Shown here piece by piece: positions 50,150 to 59,311 of a stretch of DNA of 64,000 bases. Under the pieces are notes generated by a model, which saw nothing but the letters and a program-made list of their open reading frames with translations, was not told where the DNA came from and did no database searches. A program made the position numbers and the translations under genes. This DNA is from Abyssibacter sp. (GTDB lineage: Bacteria; Pseudomonadota; Alphaproteobacteria; Rhodobacterales; Rhodobacteraceae), in assembly GCA_964220165.1 (NCBI GenBank), contig CAXPTW010000024.1, forward strand, positions 200,843-264,842, written 5' to 3'. Positions within the stretch are counted from its first letter, which is position 1; each line of letters starts with the position of its first letter.

Positions 50150-51166
50150 GTGGACCCGTTGATTGATACCCCCGAAGTCACACAGAGAATGCACGTCAAT
50201 CCCGCATTCGACCGTGTGTTGCACATCGCTCATCACGAATGGCACGGAATTCGAAGCGCGACCGCCGCCTATCCCGGCCGAAAGCTTCTGATCAGCGCGG
50301 ATGAACCTCTCACGCCTGAGCGCCTCTTGCCCGTTCTCGATGCGATTGCGGGGATGAATGTGACCAAGGTGATCTTTCAGGGCTATTCCTCCAACGCCGA
50401 TCAGCTTTTGCTGGCGATCAAGGCGCGGTTCCTAGATGTGATCGACTGTTTTGTGCTGACCCATGTGACCACGGTTCAGTTTGAGCATCTCTTTGAAATC
50501 GAACAAATTCGCACGCTTCAGACCCGTTTCCGCATGGGTAGCCTCACGAGCCTCGGTTCGGTCAAACCGGATTTCGGGGCGAGTTTTGAGGACTTCTATC
50601 CGGACACGATCATCAACTTCGCGCCCAATATCGACCCTGCCCTGCATGTCCCCAAAGATGAGGAGCGCACGCTGCATGTCCCGCTCGACGTCTGTTGGCG
50701 CAAGAACATGTACACAAACATCGTCGCGGCCCAAAAATGTCCCTCCGTTGACCGGGTAAAAACCTCGAATTTCCCGACGGGTCTGGCCGACATCTTGCCG
50801 CTCGATAAGCTTCAGCTCACCGGCTATCTCCGCGGTCAGAACCTCTTGGATGAAATGGGGCGCTCGACCGCGCTTGTTGGCGCTACGCTCGCCGAATGTC
50901 AGCCGATGACACAACTCGAAGCCTTCGCGATGGGCACTCCGGCTCTGACTGGGCCGCTTGCGATGCGCGAGTTCGAAACCGACCCTCTCATGACGCTTTG
51001 TACGACAACCAATCTCGACAACCCGCATCTCCTGTCAAAGGACATCGGGCGTCTGATGGATGCCGCGCATAGCGATCCCAAGGCGATGAAAGACATGATC
51101 GCCGACCACCTCTCCACCCGCACCCGTCTCGCGACAGAGCGGTTGGCCGAATTTGTGGGGCTTTGA
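50150..51166 (+). CDS. Glycosyltransferase-like protein
   Basis: 338 aa, GTG start. The C-terminal segment ATLAECQPMTQLEAFAMGTPALTGP resembles the GT-B (group 1) E-x7-E/EA-x-G-x-P nucleotide-sugar site. Its stop overlaps the next ORF. Confidence 0.5.
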   Translation: MDPLIDTPEVTQRMHVNPAFDRVLHIAHHEWHGIRSATAAYPGRKLLISADEPLTPERLLPVLDAIAGMNVTKVIFQGYSSNADQLLLAIKARFLDVIDCFVLTHVTTVQFEHLFEIEQIRTLQTRFRMGSLTSLGSVKPDFGASFEDFYPDTIINFAPNIDPALHVPKDEERTLHVPLDVCWRKNMYTNIVAAQKCPSVDRVKTSNFPTGLADILPLDKLQLTGYLRGQNLLDEMGRSTALVGATLAECQPMTQLEAFAMGTPALTGPLAMREFETDPLMTLCTTTNLDNPHLLSKDIGRLMDAAHSDPKAMKDMIADHLSTRTRLATERLAEFVGL

Positions 51167-53679
51167 CCATGTTCCGTTCTCGTCGTCCGTCTGTGTGTTT
51201 CGTCACGAATGAGCTCTATCCCGAGGATCGTGGCGGGATCGGTCGCATGATCTATAACTTCGCGCGCTACAATCAGGCGCAAAGACGGCCCGTCGATTTT
51301 CACATCCTGCTCGGCGGACCGCATGCCCAAGACGCGGCGCGAAACGCGCGTCTGGAGGCGGCGCTTCAGGGGCTGGCCACGCTGTCCTATGCGCCGGATT
51401 TGAAACAGGCGACGGATCTTTTGCCGCATCTTCTGGGCTATGCGGCGCAAAGCCTCCCGCATGCGCCAGAGGGTCTGTTGGCCACGAGTTTTTCCTACCA
51501 TCTCGGCGTGATGGCGGCGGAACGTGCGCTCGGACATGCCTTCGATGTGGTGGAATTCCCGGATTTCGGCGGCTGGGGACAGGTCGCGATTGAGGCCAAG
51601 CGTGCCGGCATCGCCTACGAAAACACCATCATCGCGACCCGCGTACACTCGACGCAGGGGATTTTGTACAAGTCTGAGCCCTACGCCCATGAGGGAGGCA
51701 CATGGCTTGCCGGTCAATTCGACGCCGAACGGTTCTCGCTCATGCACTCCGACCTTGTAGTCGGGCACATTCCGTCCATCTTGGAGGCGACGCTCGAACA
51801 CTATGACCTGACCGAAACCGCGCCGCCCTCGCTTTGTGAATTTCCCTCGATCCACGTTCCCGAGGTGGAAAAATCAAAGGGGCTGTCCGAGGCGACCACG
51901 CGCGATTTTCTCTTTGCCTCCCGGCTCCAGCATTTCAAACGCCCTGATCTCTTTGCCCGTGCGGCCATCCGGTTTTTGGATCGTAATCCGGGCTACGACG
52001 GCACCTTCCGCCTCGCGGCCTATGGATGGGATCAGGACTATATCGCGTCGCTCAAAGATCTCGTGCCGCCGAGTCTTGCGGACCGTATCCGGTTCCTCCC
52101 CGAGGTCACGGCGCAGGAGCGCGAGGCCCTGATCGCCGCGTCGGTGATTGTGCAGCCCTCAGATTACGAGAGCCTGTGTCTTTTTGCCTATGAGGCCTCG
52201 GCGCAGGGCCGCCCACTCATCCTGAACCGAGACTGTCTCGCCTTTGGCGCGTTTGATCGGTGGAAAGACGGTAAAAATTGCCTCATGTTCGATGGCTCAG
52301 TCGAAAGCTTGGTGTCAGCGATGGAGGCCGCGCAATCTTGGGAGCCACAGGCGAAAGTCGACCTGCGCCCGGATCGTCCCTATTGGATCAAACCCTCTGA
52401 TATTTCTGTCGCCGCCAAGGTGGAAAAGTCGCCGAAAGCCCCGCTGTCCGTCGTCTTCTTTGACCCGAAAACACGCGCAGAAACGGCTCTCATCCAGCGC
52501 AATATCCTCACGATTCAGCACGTCTGCAAAGAAATCGGGCACCCCGAACCAAAAGTTCAGGTGCTGGTCATGGCGGGCGATGTTGACCTCACGGAGCCCG
52601 TCGCGAAGCTTCGCGAGCTCGGGACCGAAGTTATCGAAAGCCCAGCCCGACAGTTGGACCCGGAGGAACTTCAGTCTCTGATCTCAAAGGGCGCGCGGGA
52701 CGTGGCTTTGCTGGTTCCGCCGGGGCTTCAGATCTTTGCGGAGTTTGTGCGCCACGGACTTATGGCGATGGCGCGAAACGCCGATCTCATGCTCGCGGGC
52801 GGGCATGTCGAGGTGTTCGACCAGATGAGCGGTCGGACAACGGAACTCCGCGCATATTTTGGTTCCGCACCAAGTGTCGCCTTGATGAACAGCCGCATTC
52901 TGTCTCCCGTTTGCTTCCTGCGTGGTGAGGTTCTCGCCAAGGAACCGTTCGATTTTCGCGCGGGGTCTCTGTGGTTCGAAGCCTTCGCACGGCGCGCGGC
53001 GCTCGGCGGTATGCCGATGAGTATTCTCCCGCTCTTGGCCGGTCGTCTCGATTTTGAGAAATCGCTGCGGGCGGAGAATTCGTCCCGCCTCACGGCCACG
53101 CTGGTAGATGCGCAGGGCAGTCATTTGAACCTTCCTGCGCGGCTTTTGGGTCTAGAGCTCCAGCGCAATCACCGATCCATGGTCCCGAACCGCTACGAGA
53201 TTTCCGACACCCTGCTGTCGCAAACAGTGCCGATTGCGCCGACGGGCCTCGGGCTGTCGTGGCATCCTGTCCAGTACCACGCCGATCTTGGGGGGCTTTT
53301 GGTGCATCCGCTCGATGATCACGTCACCGCCGCGGCCCTACCGACCCGCGTGGCGCGCCCAGTGAAGGTTGACGCGACCATCTCGAACGCCAATACGCGC
53401 AATCAGGGCGGGCAAGCTGCGATTGCCTTTGGCTCTGGGACGCTGACGGAAACGCAGCTCCTCTCTAGCCTGCGGGACAACGCGATGCCCGAGGACTTGA
53501 TCATCGGTGACTGGGTGGACATCGCGCCGGGTGAAACGCGGCGCTACACCATGGCGCTTTCTGCGGATTTCGCGGATCATCATGGTCGCACCCTGTATTT
53601 CCTCACCCGCCCGCGTGCGGGCGTCCCGAGCGACCAATGTCACATCGTGTTCAGCCAGGTGGCGTTTTCAGTGGCATAA
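51163..53679 (+). CDS. Group-1 (GT4-like) glycosyltransferase with ~400-aa uncharacterised C-terminal extension
   Basis: 838 aa. The N-terminus VCFVTNELYPEDRGGIGRMIYNFA and the segment FASRLQHFKRPDLF...VIVQPSDYESLCLFAYEASAQGRPLILN are the GT-B glycos_transf_1 pattern. Residues ~420-838 carry no motif I recognise. Confidence 0.7.
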   Translation: MTMFRSRRPSVCFVTNELYPEDRGGIGRMIYNFARYNQAQRRPVDFHILLGGPHAQDAARNARLEAALQGLATLSYAPDLKQATDLLPHLLGYAAQSLPHAPEGLLATSFSYHLGVMAAERALGHAFDVVEFPDFGGWGQVAIEAKRAGIAYENTIIATRVHSTQGILYKSEPYAHEGGTWLAGQFDAERFSLMHSDLVVGHIPSILEATLEHYDLTETAPPSLCEFPSIHVPEVEKSKGLSEATTRDFLFASRLQHFKRPDLFARAAIRFLDRNPGYDGTFRLAAYGWDQDYIASLKDLVPPSLADRIRFLPEVTAQEREALIAASVIVQPSDYESLCLFAYEASAQGRPLILNRDCLAFGAFDRWKDGKNCLMFDGSVESLVSAMEAAQSWEPQAKVDLRPDRPYWIKPSDISVAAKVEKSPKAPLSVVFFDPKTRAETALIQRNILTIQHVCKEIGHPEPKVQVLVMAGDVDLTEPVAKLRELGTEVIESPARQLDPEELQSLISKGARDVALLVPPGLQIFAEFVRHGLMAMARNADLMLAGGHVEVFDQMSGRTTELRAYFGSAPSVALMNSRILSPVCFLRGEVLAKEPFDFRAGSLWFEAFARRAALGGMPMSILPLLAGRLDFEKSLRAENSSRLTATLVDAQGSHLNLPARLLGLELQRNHRSMVPNRYEISDTLLSQTVPIAPTGLGLSWHPVQYHADLGGLLVHPLDDHVTAAALPTRVARPVKVDATISNANTRNQGGQAAIAFGSGTLTETQLLSSLRDNAMPEDLIIGDWVDIAPGETRRYTMALSADFADHHGRTLYFLTRPRAGVPSDQCHIVFSQVAFSVA

Positions 53680-53723
53680 GAGACGACGGAGAACTTGTTC
53701 TCAATGCGCCTCTCAAAAAGTGT

Positions 53724-55109
53724 CTAATCCAGCGCGGAAGCCACCAGTTTTTTCGCGCGGGCCATGACATCTTGCGCGCGCGCAAGACTCTGAGACTGGG
53801 CATAGACACGAAACTCCGGCGCATTGCCGGAGGGCCGGAGATGTACGACATCGCCTGTGTCAAAGTTGACGCGGAGCCCATCGGTCACATCCACTCCGGC
53901 GATGGTCCCAAACGCGGCAAAGACAGCCGCACGTACCGCATCGTCCTTAATCAGAGCTGCGAGAAACCGCGCCGCCTTCTCGCGGTCGATGTTTTGAAGT
54001 CGGTCTGCGGCCGTGAAGCAGGGCGGCAGGTCAGCGACCAAACTGCTGAGCGCGCTCTTTTCTCGACGCGCGGCAAAGAGCGGCGCGAGGATCGGCAGCA
54101 TGCAATCGCGCGTCGGAAGCGGCGAGAGGGGGCCGGTCACCGTCGCCTCATAGCCGAGCAAAAAGCCACCGTTGGCCTCAAACCCGACAACTTCGGCATT
54201 CTGCGCCCCGGCCATGCCCGCGATGACAAACGGCGAGCCGATGCGGGTCAAAATGACCTCGTCGAAATCCGGCAGGCGTCGCACCATGTCATTGGAGGAG
54301 ACCGGCGTGACGACGGTCTTTGCCCCCAGCAAGCGTGCGGTCAACACGCCGAGAATGTCGCCGGGGATGACCTGTCCCGTTTCATCGGTGAGCAAGGGGC
54401 GATCCGCATCGCCATCAGTTGAGGCAATCGCGTCCAAACCGTAGGTCTTACACCACTCCGCAAGCATCTCACGGGTTTCCGGGGCGACGGCTTCTGTGTC
54501 CACGGGGATAAAGTGATCGGAGTGCGCCAAAGAGACGACTTCGGCCCCAAGGCGTGTGAAAATCCGCTCCATCGTGTCACGCGCCACTGAGGAATGGCGA
54601 TAGACGCCAATCTTCAGGCCCGACAATGCCGCATCTCCAAAGGCCTCCACATACCGCGCCACGTAGCGTGTCTCGGCATCCGCCAGAGGGGTGTAGCTCC
54701 CCATGGCCCGCTCAAGCCGGCGGGCGTTTTTGGCGTAGGCGGTGGTGATCTTCGCCTCGTCCGATTTGGAGATCTCACCCTCCGGCAGATAGAATTTGAG
54801 ACCGTTTCGATCCGCAGGGATGTGGCTTCCGGTCACCATGATCGCGGGCGCACCTGACGACATGGCGGCGAGGGCCAAGGCGGGGGTACTGATCTCGCTG
54901 CAATCCATAATGTTGACGCCCGACGCCTGTGCCGTCCGGCAGATCACGCGCGCAATGTGAGGCGAAGAGGGGCGCAAATCCCGGCCGATGAAAAGCGTCT
55001 CAACACCGGGGCGGGTTGTCAAAAAAGCATGGACATAGGCGGCAATCAACTCGTCGGTGAGCTCCGTGACAAGCCCGCGCAAACCGCTGGTGCCGAAAGA
55101 GGGGGCCAT
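53724..55109 (-). CDS. Phosphomannomutase/phosphoglucomutase (alpha-D-phosphohexomutase)
   Basis: Start at ATG 55109 (MAPSFGTSGLRGLV). Active-site serine loop VTGSHIPADRNGLKFY and Mg-binding STDGDADRPLL. Confidence 0.85.
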   Translation of the reverse strand: MAPSFGTSGLRGLVTELTDELIAAYVHAFLTTRPGVETLFIGRDLRPSSPHIARVICRTAQASGVNIMDCSEISTPALALAAMSSGAPAIMVTGSHIPADRNGLKFYLPEGEISKSDEAKITTAYAKNARRLERAMGSYTPLADAETRYVARYVEAFGDAALSGLKIGVYRHSSVARDTMERIFTRLGAEVVSLAHSDHFIPVDTEAVAPETREMLAEWCKTYGLDAIASTDGDADRPLLTDETGQVIPGDILGVLTARLLGAKTVVTPVSSNDMVRRLPDFDEVILTRIGSPFVIAGMAGAQNAEVVGFEANGGFLLGYEATVTGPLSPLPTRDCMLPILAPLFAARREKSALSSLVADLPPCFTAADRLQNIDREKAARFLAALIKDDAVRAAVFAAFGTIAGVDVTDGLRVNFDTGDVVHLRPSGNAPEFRVYAQSQSLARAQDVMARAKKLVASALD

Positions 55110-55295
55110 CGAAAACCTCTCATAGAAATCACAGGTTGTGTCTGCCAGTGGGCAACATTTGACGACAAGATGAAAGCGCTTGTTTGGCGACCGCAGATAT
55201 TTTCGAGTGAGGGAAAGCCCGCGACCGGAGCGTCCCATGCCGTAGTCTCGGAGTGCCGCCATCCGCTGCAATGATCGCGAACGGCGGCAATGGGC

Positions 55296-55922
55296 TTAGC
55301 TTGCGTCTTTGAACTCAGCGTAGTCGCCTCGGACCTTGATCGTGACCGTCACGTCGCTCTTGTCGCGGTTGCGCAGGAACCAGCCGTGGTCTCCGTCAAA
55401 CGCCGCGAGGATTGCGCCTTCGGTCCCTGTTGAACCGCGGCCCTTTTCATAGGTGGCCGACTGACCGGACCCATGACCGTGCAGATCGAAATTGACGCCA
55501 CCGCCCTCGACCGCCATACGGTATTGCGCGATCTGGCCTTCGGTCATGACCAGTTTCCATTCCGCAGACTCGCCGGGGGCGAGGGTCAGGGTGATCTCGT
55601 CCCGCCAGTCTTCTGTCGCCACCGCTTCTTGGGCATAGGCGGGTGTGATGAAGACCCCGAGGATCGTATCGAGCAGGCTCGACTGATCGTTTTCGAGCAT
55701 TTGGCGGTCGGCTTCGGCCTCGTCTGCCAGCTGGGTTTTGATATCGCCCATTTCGGTGAGGCCGATGGCCTTGCCGACACCCGTGGGGTCGATGCCGTAT
55801 TCGGCTGGGAGGACAACGGTCACGAGGATCGCGAGAGCGGCAAGGCCCGCGAGGACCGTGGATTTGAGAAGCTGTGCGGAGCTGGGCAGCTCATCGAGGC
55901 TCGGTTTTTGCGCGTTGAACAT
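55296..55922 (-). CDS. Membrane-anchored periplasmic protein, partner of the HupE/UreJ-like gene
   Basis: 208 aa with one N-terminal TM segment and a C-terminal beta-rich domain containing HGHGSG. Located 13 nt downstream of the HupE-like gene. Confidence 0.6.
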   Translation of the reverse strand: MFNAQKPSLDELPSSAQLLKSTVLAGLAALAILVTVVLPAEYGIDPTGVGKAIGLTEMGDIKTQLADEAEADRQMLENDQSSLLDTILGVFITPAYAQEAVATEDWRDEITLTLAPGESAEWKLVMTEGQIAQYRMAVEGGGVNFDLHGHGSGQSATYEKGRGSTGTEGAILAAFDGDHGWFLRNRDKSDVTVTIKVRGDYAEFKDAS

Positions 55923-55934
55923 GGGGTTAGCTCC

Positions 55935-56660
55935 TTATGTGGCCACAAAGTAGCCGGTGATCTGGTAGCCCATGAGGATGAAGCCCATGGACATCATGAT
56001 GACGTTGATGGTGTAGGCCTGACGCAGGAAATTCGGGGATTTGCGCCAATAGCCCATGACGATCAGGATGATGGCGAGTGCCATCAGCTGCCCGAGCTCG
56101 ACACCGACATTAAAGGCAATGAGATTGGCCCAAAGTCCGTCCGGCGCGATGTCAAAGTCAAGAATCTTGGTCGCCAGACCCGTGCCATGGAAAAAACCAA
56201 AGATCAGCGTGGCCAGTCTGGTGTTCGGCTGCACCCCAAACCAACGTTGAAAGGCCCCGAGGTTGTCGAGTGCCTTGTAGACCACCGACAGGCCGATAAT
56301 TGCGTCGATGAGATGAGCATTCACGCCCAAGCCGAGCCACACGCCCAAAAGCATCGTGGAGGAGTGGCCGAGGGCAAAGAGGCTTACATAGAGGCCAACT
56401 TCTTTCATTTTGTAGAGAAAAAAGACGACGCCGAGCAGGAACAGAATGTGGTCGTAGCCGGTGACCATATGCTTGGCCCCGAGATACATAAAGGGGACGA
56501 TGTTGACCCCCCAGATTTCCTGAATATAGCCCGCGTCGCCTTCCGTGACGTTGTGAGCGGTTGCGGCAGAAGCCCAGAGCGTCAGGACCGCGAGGAACAT
56601 TAGGATGGTCGAAATGCGTAAATTGCGACGCCAAACACCAACCGCGAAACCGGATTGCAT
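55935..56660 (-). CDS. HupE/UreJ-family membrane protein (putative Ni/Co or other metal transporter)
   Basis: Start at ATG 56660 (MQSGFAVGVW...), preceded by a GGAG SD. It has a signal/TM segment, then HNVTEGDAGY, GAKHMVTGYDHILFLLGVVFF and FGFFHGTGLA segments typical of the HupE_UreJ family. Confidence 0.75.
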   Translation of the reverse strand: MQSGFAVGVWRRNLRISTILMFLAVLTLWASAATAHNVTEGDAGYIQEIWGVNIVPFMYLGAKHMVTGYDHILFLLGVVFFLYKMKEVGLYVSLFALGHSSTMLLGVWLGLGVNAHLIDAIIGLSVVYKALDNLGAFQRWFGVQPNTRLATLIFGFFHGTGLATKILDFDIAPDGLWANLIAFNVGVELGQLMALAIILIVMGYWRKSPNFLRQAYTINVIMMSMGFILMGYQITGYFVAT

Positions 56661-56963
56661 GAAGGTCTCCTGAATTTGTCCATTGGATTGCAAGAGGACG
56701 GTCCGATCAGGTCGCTTTATGCGCGCGGAGGTCGTTCCAATGTTCGGGAGATCCCCCATCTGCCCAACCGTGCCTCTCCACGTGTCACCGTTCCAGCACC
56801 TCGCACCCGTGCGAGGAGTGTGCTGCAAAGGTTATACGTGCCGCGCAGCCTCGGGCTCAATCGTTCCAAGGTCGTAGGATTTTTACGCGGCGGCCAAAAA
56901 CTGTCCCGATGCCTGCGGAAAACCCAGGTTCTTGTCGAATTTTTCGAGATGTTGGGGAGAGAA

Positions 56964-56987
56964 TGGTGCCCAGAAGAGAAATCGAAC
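56964..56987 (-). other. 24-nt tRNA 3'-end remnant (T-loop to CCA); candidate att core of the adjacent island
   Basis: The minus strand reads GTTCGATTTCTCTTCTGGGCACCA, i.e. TTCGATT T-loop, TCTCT T-stem strand, TCTGGGC acceptor strand, then A and CCA. No complementary 5' half lies upstream, so it is not an intact tRNA gene. The acceptor sequence resembles tRNA-Leu, but this is tentative. Confidence 0.45.
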
Positions 56988-57120
56988 ACGCGTTTCACCT
57001 CATTCCAAGATGATCTTTTATCTATCTATTTTCATTACTTAAATAAAAATACCTGTACCGACCTATTCCATTTTAACCCGCCCTACCCCACATATTAGGG
57101 TGGACTCAGGGGTGGATAAA

Positions 57121-58275
57121 ATGACGAGGGAATTGAACAAGCTTTCGGCTCTTCAGATCAAAAATGCGCCACCGGGGAAGTACTCTGACGGCGGCGGATT
57201 GTGGCTGCACAAACGGGCCGATGGAGGTGGTCAGTGGTTCCTGCGGGTGACCATACACGGGCGTCGTCGCGAGATGGGGCTTGGGAGTCTGACCTATGTC
57301 ACACTCAAGGAAGCGCGCGAGGAAGCCAACCGGTGGCGCACCGTCGTGCGCAAAGGCAAAGATCCGATCAAGGAGCGGGACCGCGAGAGGCGTCTCGCGG
57401 CGCGGGCTGCGCCGACGCTCGAGATGGTCGCGCTGGAAGCTTTTGAGGCGCGCAAGGCCGAGCTCAAGAATGACGGCAAATCCGGTCGGTGGTTTTCGCC
57501 GCTGGAGCTGCATGTGCTGCCGAAGATCGAGCGCGTCCCTGTGGAAGAGATCGACCAGCAGGACATCAAGAACACGCTTGCCCCGATTTGGCATGAGAAA
57601 GCCGAGACGGCGCGCAAGGCGATGAACCGGCTGGGGATCGTGATGCGGCACGCGGCAGCCATGGGGCTTGATGTTGATATCCAGGCGACCGAGAAGGCAA
57701 AAGCCCTGCTTGGCAAATCCCGCCACAAGGCACAGCACGTTGCCGCGATGGACTGGCGCGAGGTGCCAGCCTTCTATGCGGGCCTCAATGAGGGATCAAT
57801 TACTCACCTCGCACTGCGGCTCTTGATCCTGACAGCTGCACGCTCCGGAGAGATCCGCTTCTGTCATCTCGACGAGATCGAGGGCGATGTTTGGACCTTG
57901 TCGTCAGAGCGCATGAAGACCGGCAACGAACATCGAATCCCGCTCTCGGCGGAGGCTCTCAAGGTCATCGAGCAAGCGAAGCCATTTGCGCGTGACGGCT
58001 TCCTGTTCCCGAGCGTGCGCAAGGGCGTCATCTCCGACGCCACCATGGCGCGCTACATGGAGCGCAAGGGGCTCGAGGCGCGGCCCCACGGGTTCCGCTC
58101 CAGTTTCCGCACCTGGTGTGCCGAAGAGACCGACACGCCACGCGAGGTGGCTGAGATGGCCCTGGCCCATATTGTTGGCGGAGCGGTCGAACGGGCGTAT
58201 CGTCGAACAGACTATCTCGATCAGCGGAGGGAGTTGATGGAGAAATGGGCGGCGCATGTGGGAGGTGAAACATGA
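57121..58275 (+). CDS. int: P4-type tyrosine integrase
   Basis: The N-terminal arm-binding region LSALQIKNAPPGKYSDGGGLWLHKRADGGGQWFLRVTIHGRRREMGLGS is the DUF4102-type P4 integrase signature. Catalytic residues are in LLILTAARSGE, HGFRSSFRTW and ...ERAYRRTDY. Confidence 0.9.
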   Translation: MTRELNKLSALQIKNAPPGKYSDGGGLWLHKRADGGGQWFLRVTIHGRRREMGLGSLTYVTLKEAREEANRWRTVVRKGKDPIKERDRERRLAARAAPTLEMVALEAFEARKAELKNDGKSGRWFSPLELHVLPKIERVPVEEIDQQDIKNTLAPIWHEKAETARKAMNRLGIVMRHAAAMGLDVDIQATEKAKALLGKSRHKAQHVAAMDWREVPAFYAGLNEGSITHLALRLLILTAARSGEIRFCHLDEIEGDVWTLSSERMKTGNEHRIPLSAEALKVIEQAKPFARDGFLFPSVRKGVISDATMARYMERKGLEARPHGFRSSFRTWCAEETDTPREVAEMALAHIVGGAVERAYRRTDYLDQRRELMEKWAAHVGGET

Positions 58276-59036
58276 GCAGCGAAATTGATGACGCGAACTC
58301 AAGCTCTAGGCAGGACCCTGTCGGTCTCTGGCAAGAGATCGTTGGCGACCCCCTGATAAACGCTCTCAAATGGATTGACCTATGGCGCAAGGAAGCGACT
58401 GGGGGTCGAACGAGAGAGCTCACATATCAAGAGTTCTGTTTTCGCGCGAACGGCCACCTGACATTTGATGGGAAAGTCTATCGCCTTACCGAGGGCCTTG
58501 CGGAGGTCATCGCCCAGATGGGGAGCGAAGGACTCATAAGGGCTGATAGCAAAACTGCGTTAGCCAAGAATCTCGTCCCTGTGCCGGCTCTTCACTACGA
58601 GTTGGCCCGTCACATCGCGCGGACGAATCGTGCCGTGGGATTGGAACTACCTAAGAGTTTAAGGGTCTATGCCGATGACACAGCGCAAGATCTCCAACGT
58701 GGCAAGGGTGGAGATCAAGAGAAGCGCATTCTCTTCCGACATCTCGCGTGGTGGGCCACAGACCGAGCCGTAAAGCTAGGGCTTAAGGTTGATAGAAGCC
58801 GAGCCTCGAATGAGGCAACTCAATGTGCGGCCCAACTCGTCGCGGACGCATTCTTTGCCGCGAGCCTTGGCAATGAGTTCACATACAATTCGGTGATTGC
58901 CGCCTGGGAGGCGCATAGACACACAGGTAGCGACCAGAGGAAATTAAAAATCAAAATCCACAACGCGGCCTATCAACGGCATTTTTTCGAGCTTGATGAA
59001 TTGGTTGGCAAACTATCTCTGTTTGAAACGCGCTAA
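58272..59036 (+). CDS. Hypothetical protein, translationally coupled to int
   Basis: 254 aa. ATGA overlap with the int stop. No TM segment and no recognisable motif. Confidence 0.6.
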   Translation: MSSEIDDANSSSRQDPVGLWQEIVGDPLINALKWIDLWRKEATGGRTRELTYQEFCFRANGHLTFDGKVYRLTEGLAEVIAQMGSEGLIRADSKTALAKNLVPVPALHYELARHIARTNRAVGLELPKSLRVYADDTAQDLQRGKGGDQEKRILFRHLAWWATDRAVKLGLKVDRSRASNEATQCAAQLVADAFFAASLGNEFTYNSVIAAWEAHRHTGSDQRKLKIKIHNAAYQRHFFELDELVGKLSLFETR

Positions 59037-59096
59037 TCCTCAAACGCCTCTCTATTCGTTCTGTACGACCTGAGCAGACCTCATGTGCTCAAACGA

Positions 59097-59118
59097 CTCC
59101 AATTGAAATTGATTGGAG
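59097..59118 (+). promoter_or_regulatory. Inverted repeat CTCCAAT-N8-ATTGGAG covering the alpA Shine-Dalgarno
   Basis: Read from the sequence. The right arm contains the GGAG located 7 nt upstream of ATG 59126. Confidence 0.3.
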
Positions 59119-59125
59119 CAGCACG

Positions 59126-59311
59126 ATGCACCTACTGACCCTGAATGATCTGCGCGCAGTCCTCGGGAATCGAGGACGGACCACCATCTATCGCGACGTT
59201 GCCGCCGGGCGGCTTCCCGAGCCGATCAAGATTGGTGGCCGGATCTATTGGCGTGAGGACGACATCGAAGCTGCTTTGACCGCGCTCAAAGGAGACAAAA
59301 ATGCTGACTAA
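59126..59311 (+). CDS. alpA: AlpA-family HTH regulator / excisionase-like protein
   Basis: 61 aa. The pattern LTLNDLRAVLGNRGRTTIYRDVAAGRLPEPIKIGGRIYWREDDIEAAL is the AlpA/Phage_AlpA (MerR-like excisionase) pattern. Its 3' end overlaps the next ORF's start. Confidence 0.8.
   Translation: MHLLTLNDLRAVLGNRGRTTIYRDVAAGRLPEPIKIGGRIYWREDDIEAALTALKGDKNAD

Noticed and set aside
55473-56603. 376-aa plus-strand ORF
   Set aside because: It is antisense to the HupE/UreJ-like gene and its partner. His/Asp/Gly-rich translation without motifs.
56661-56700. Cobalamin riboswitch upstream of the HupE-like gene, based on CAGGAGACC (B12-box-like)
   Set aside because: The 9-mer overlaps an ordinary GGAG Shine-Dalgarno only 5 nt from the start codon. 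I could not find the conserved GGGAA/GGTGAAAATCC/GCCACTG elements upstream. It is kept only as a low-priority cmscan check.
56964-57045. Possible intact tRNA gene on the minus strand next to the integrase
   Set aside because: Only the last 24 nt (T-loop to CCA) are tRNA-like. Upstream sequence is AT-rich and has no acceptor 5' strand (GCCCAGA), no D-arm or anticodon arm, and no T-stem partner. I treat it as an att remnant, not a gene.
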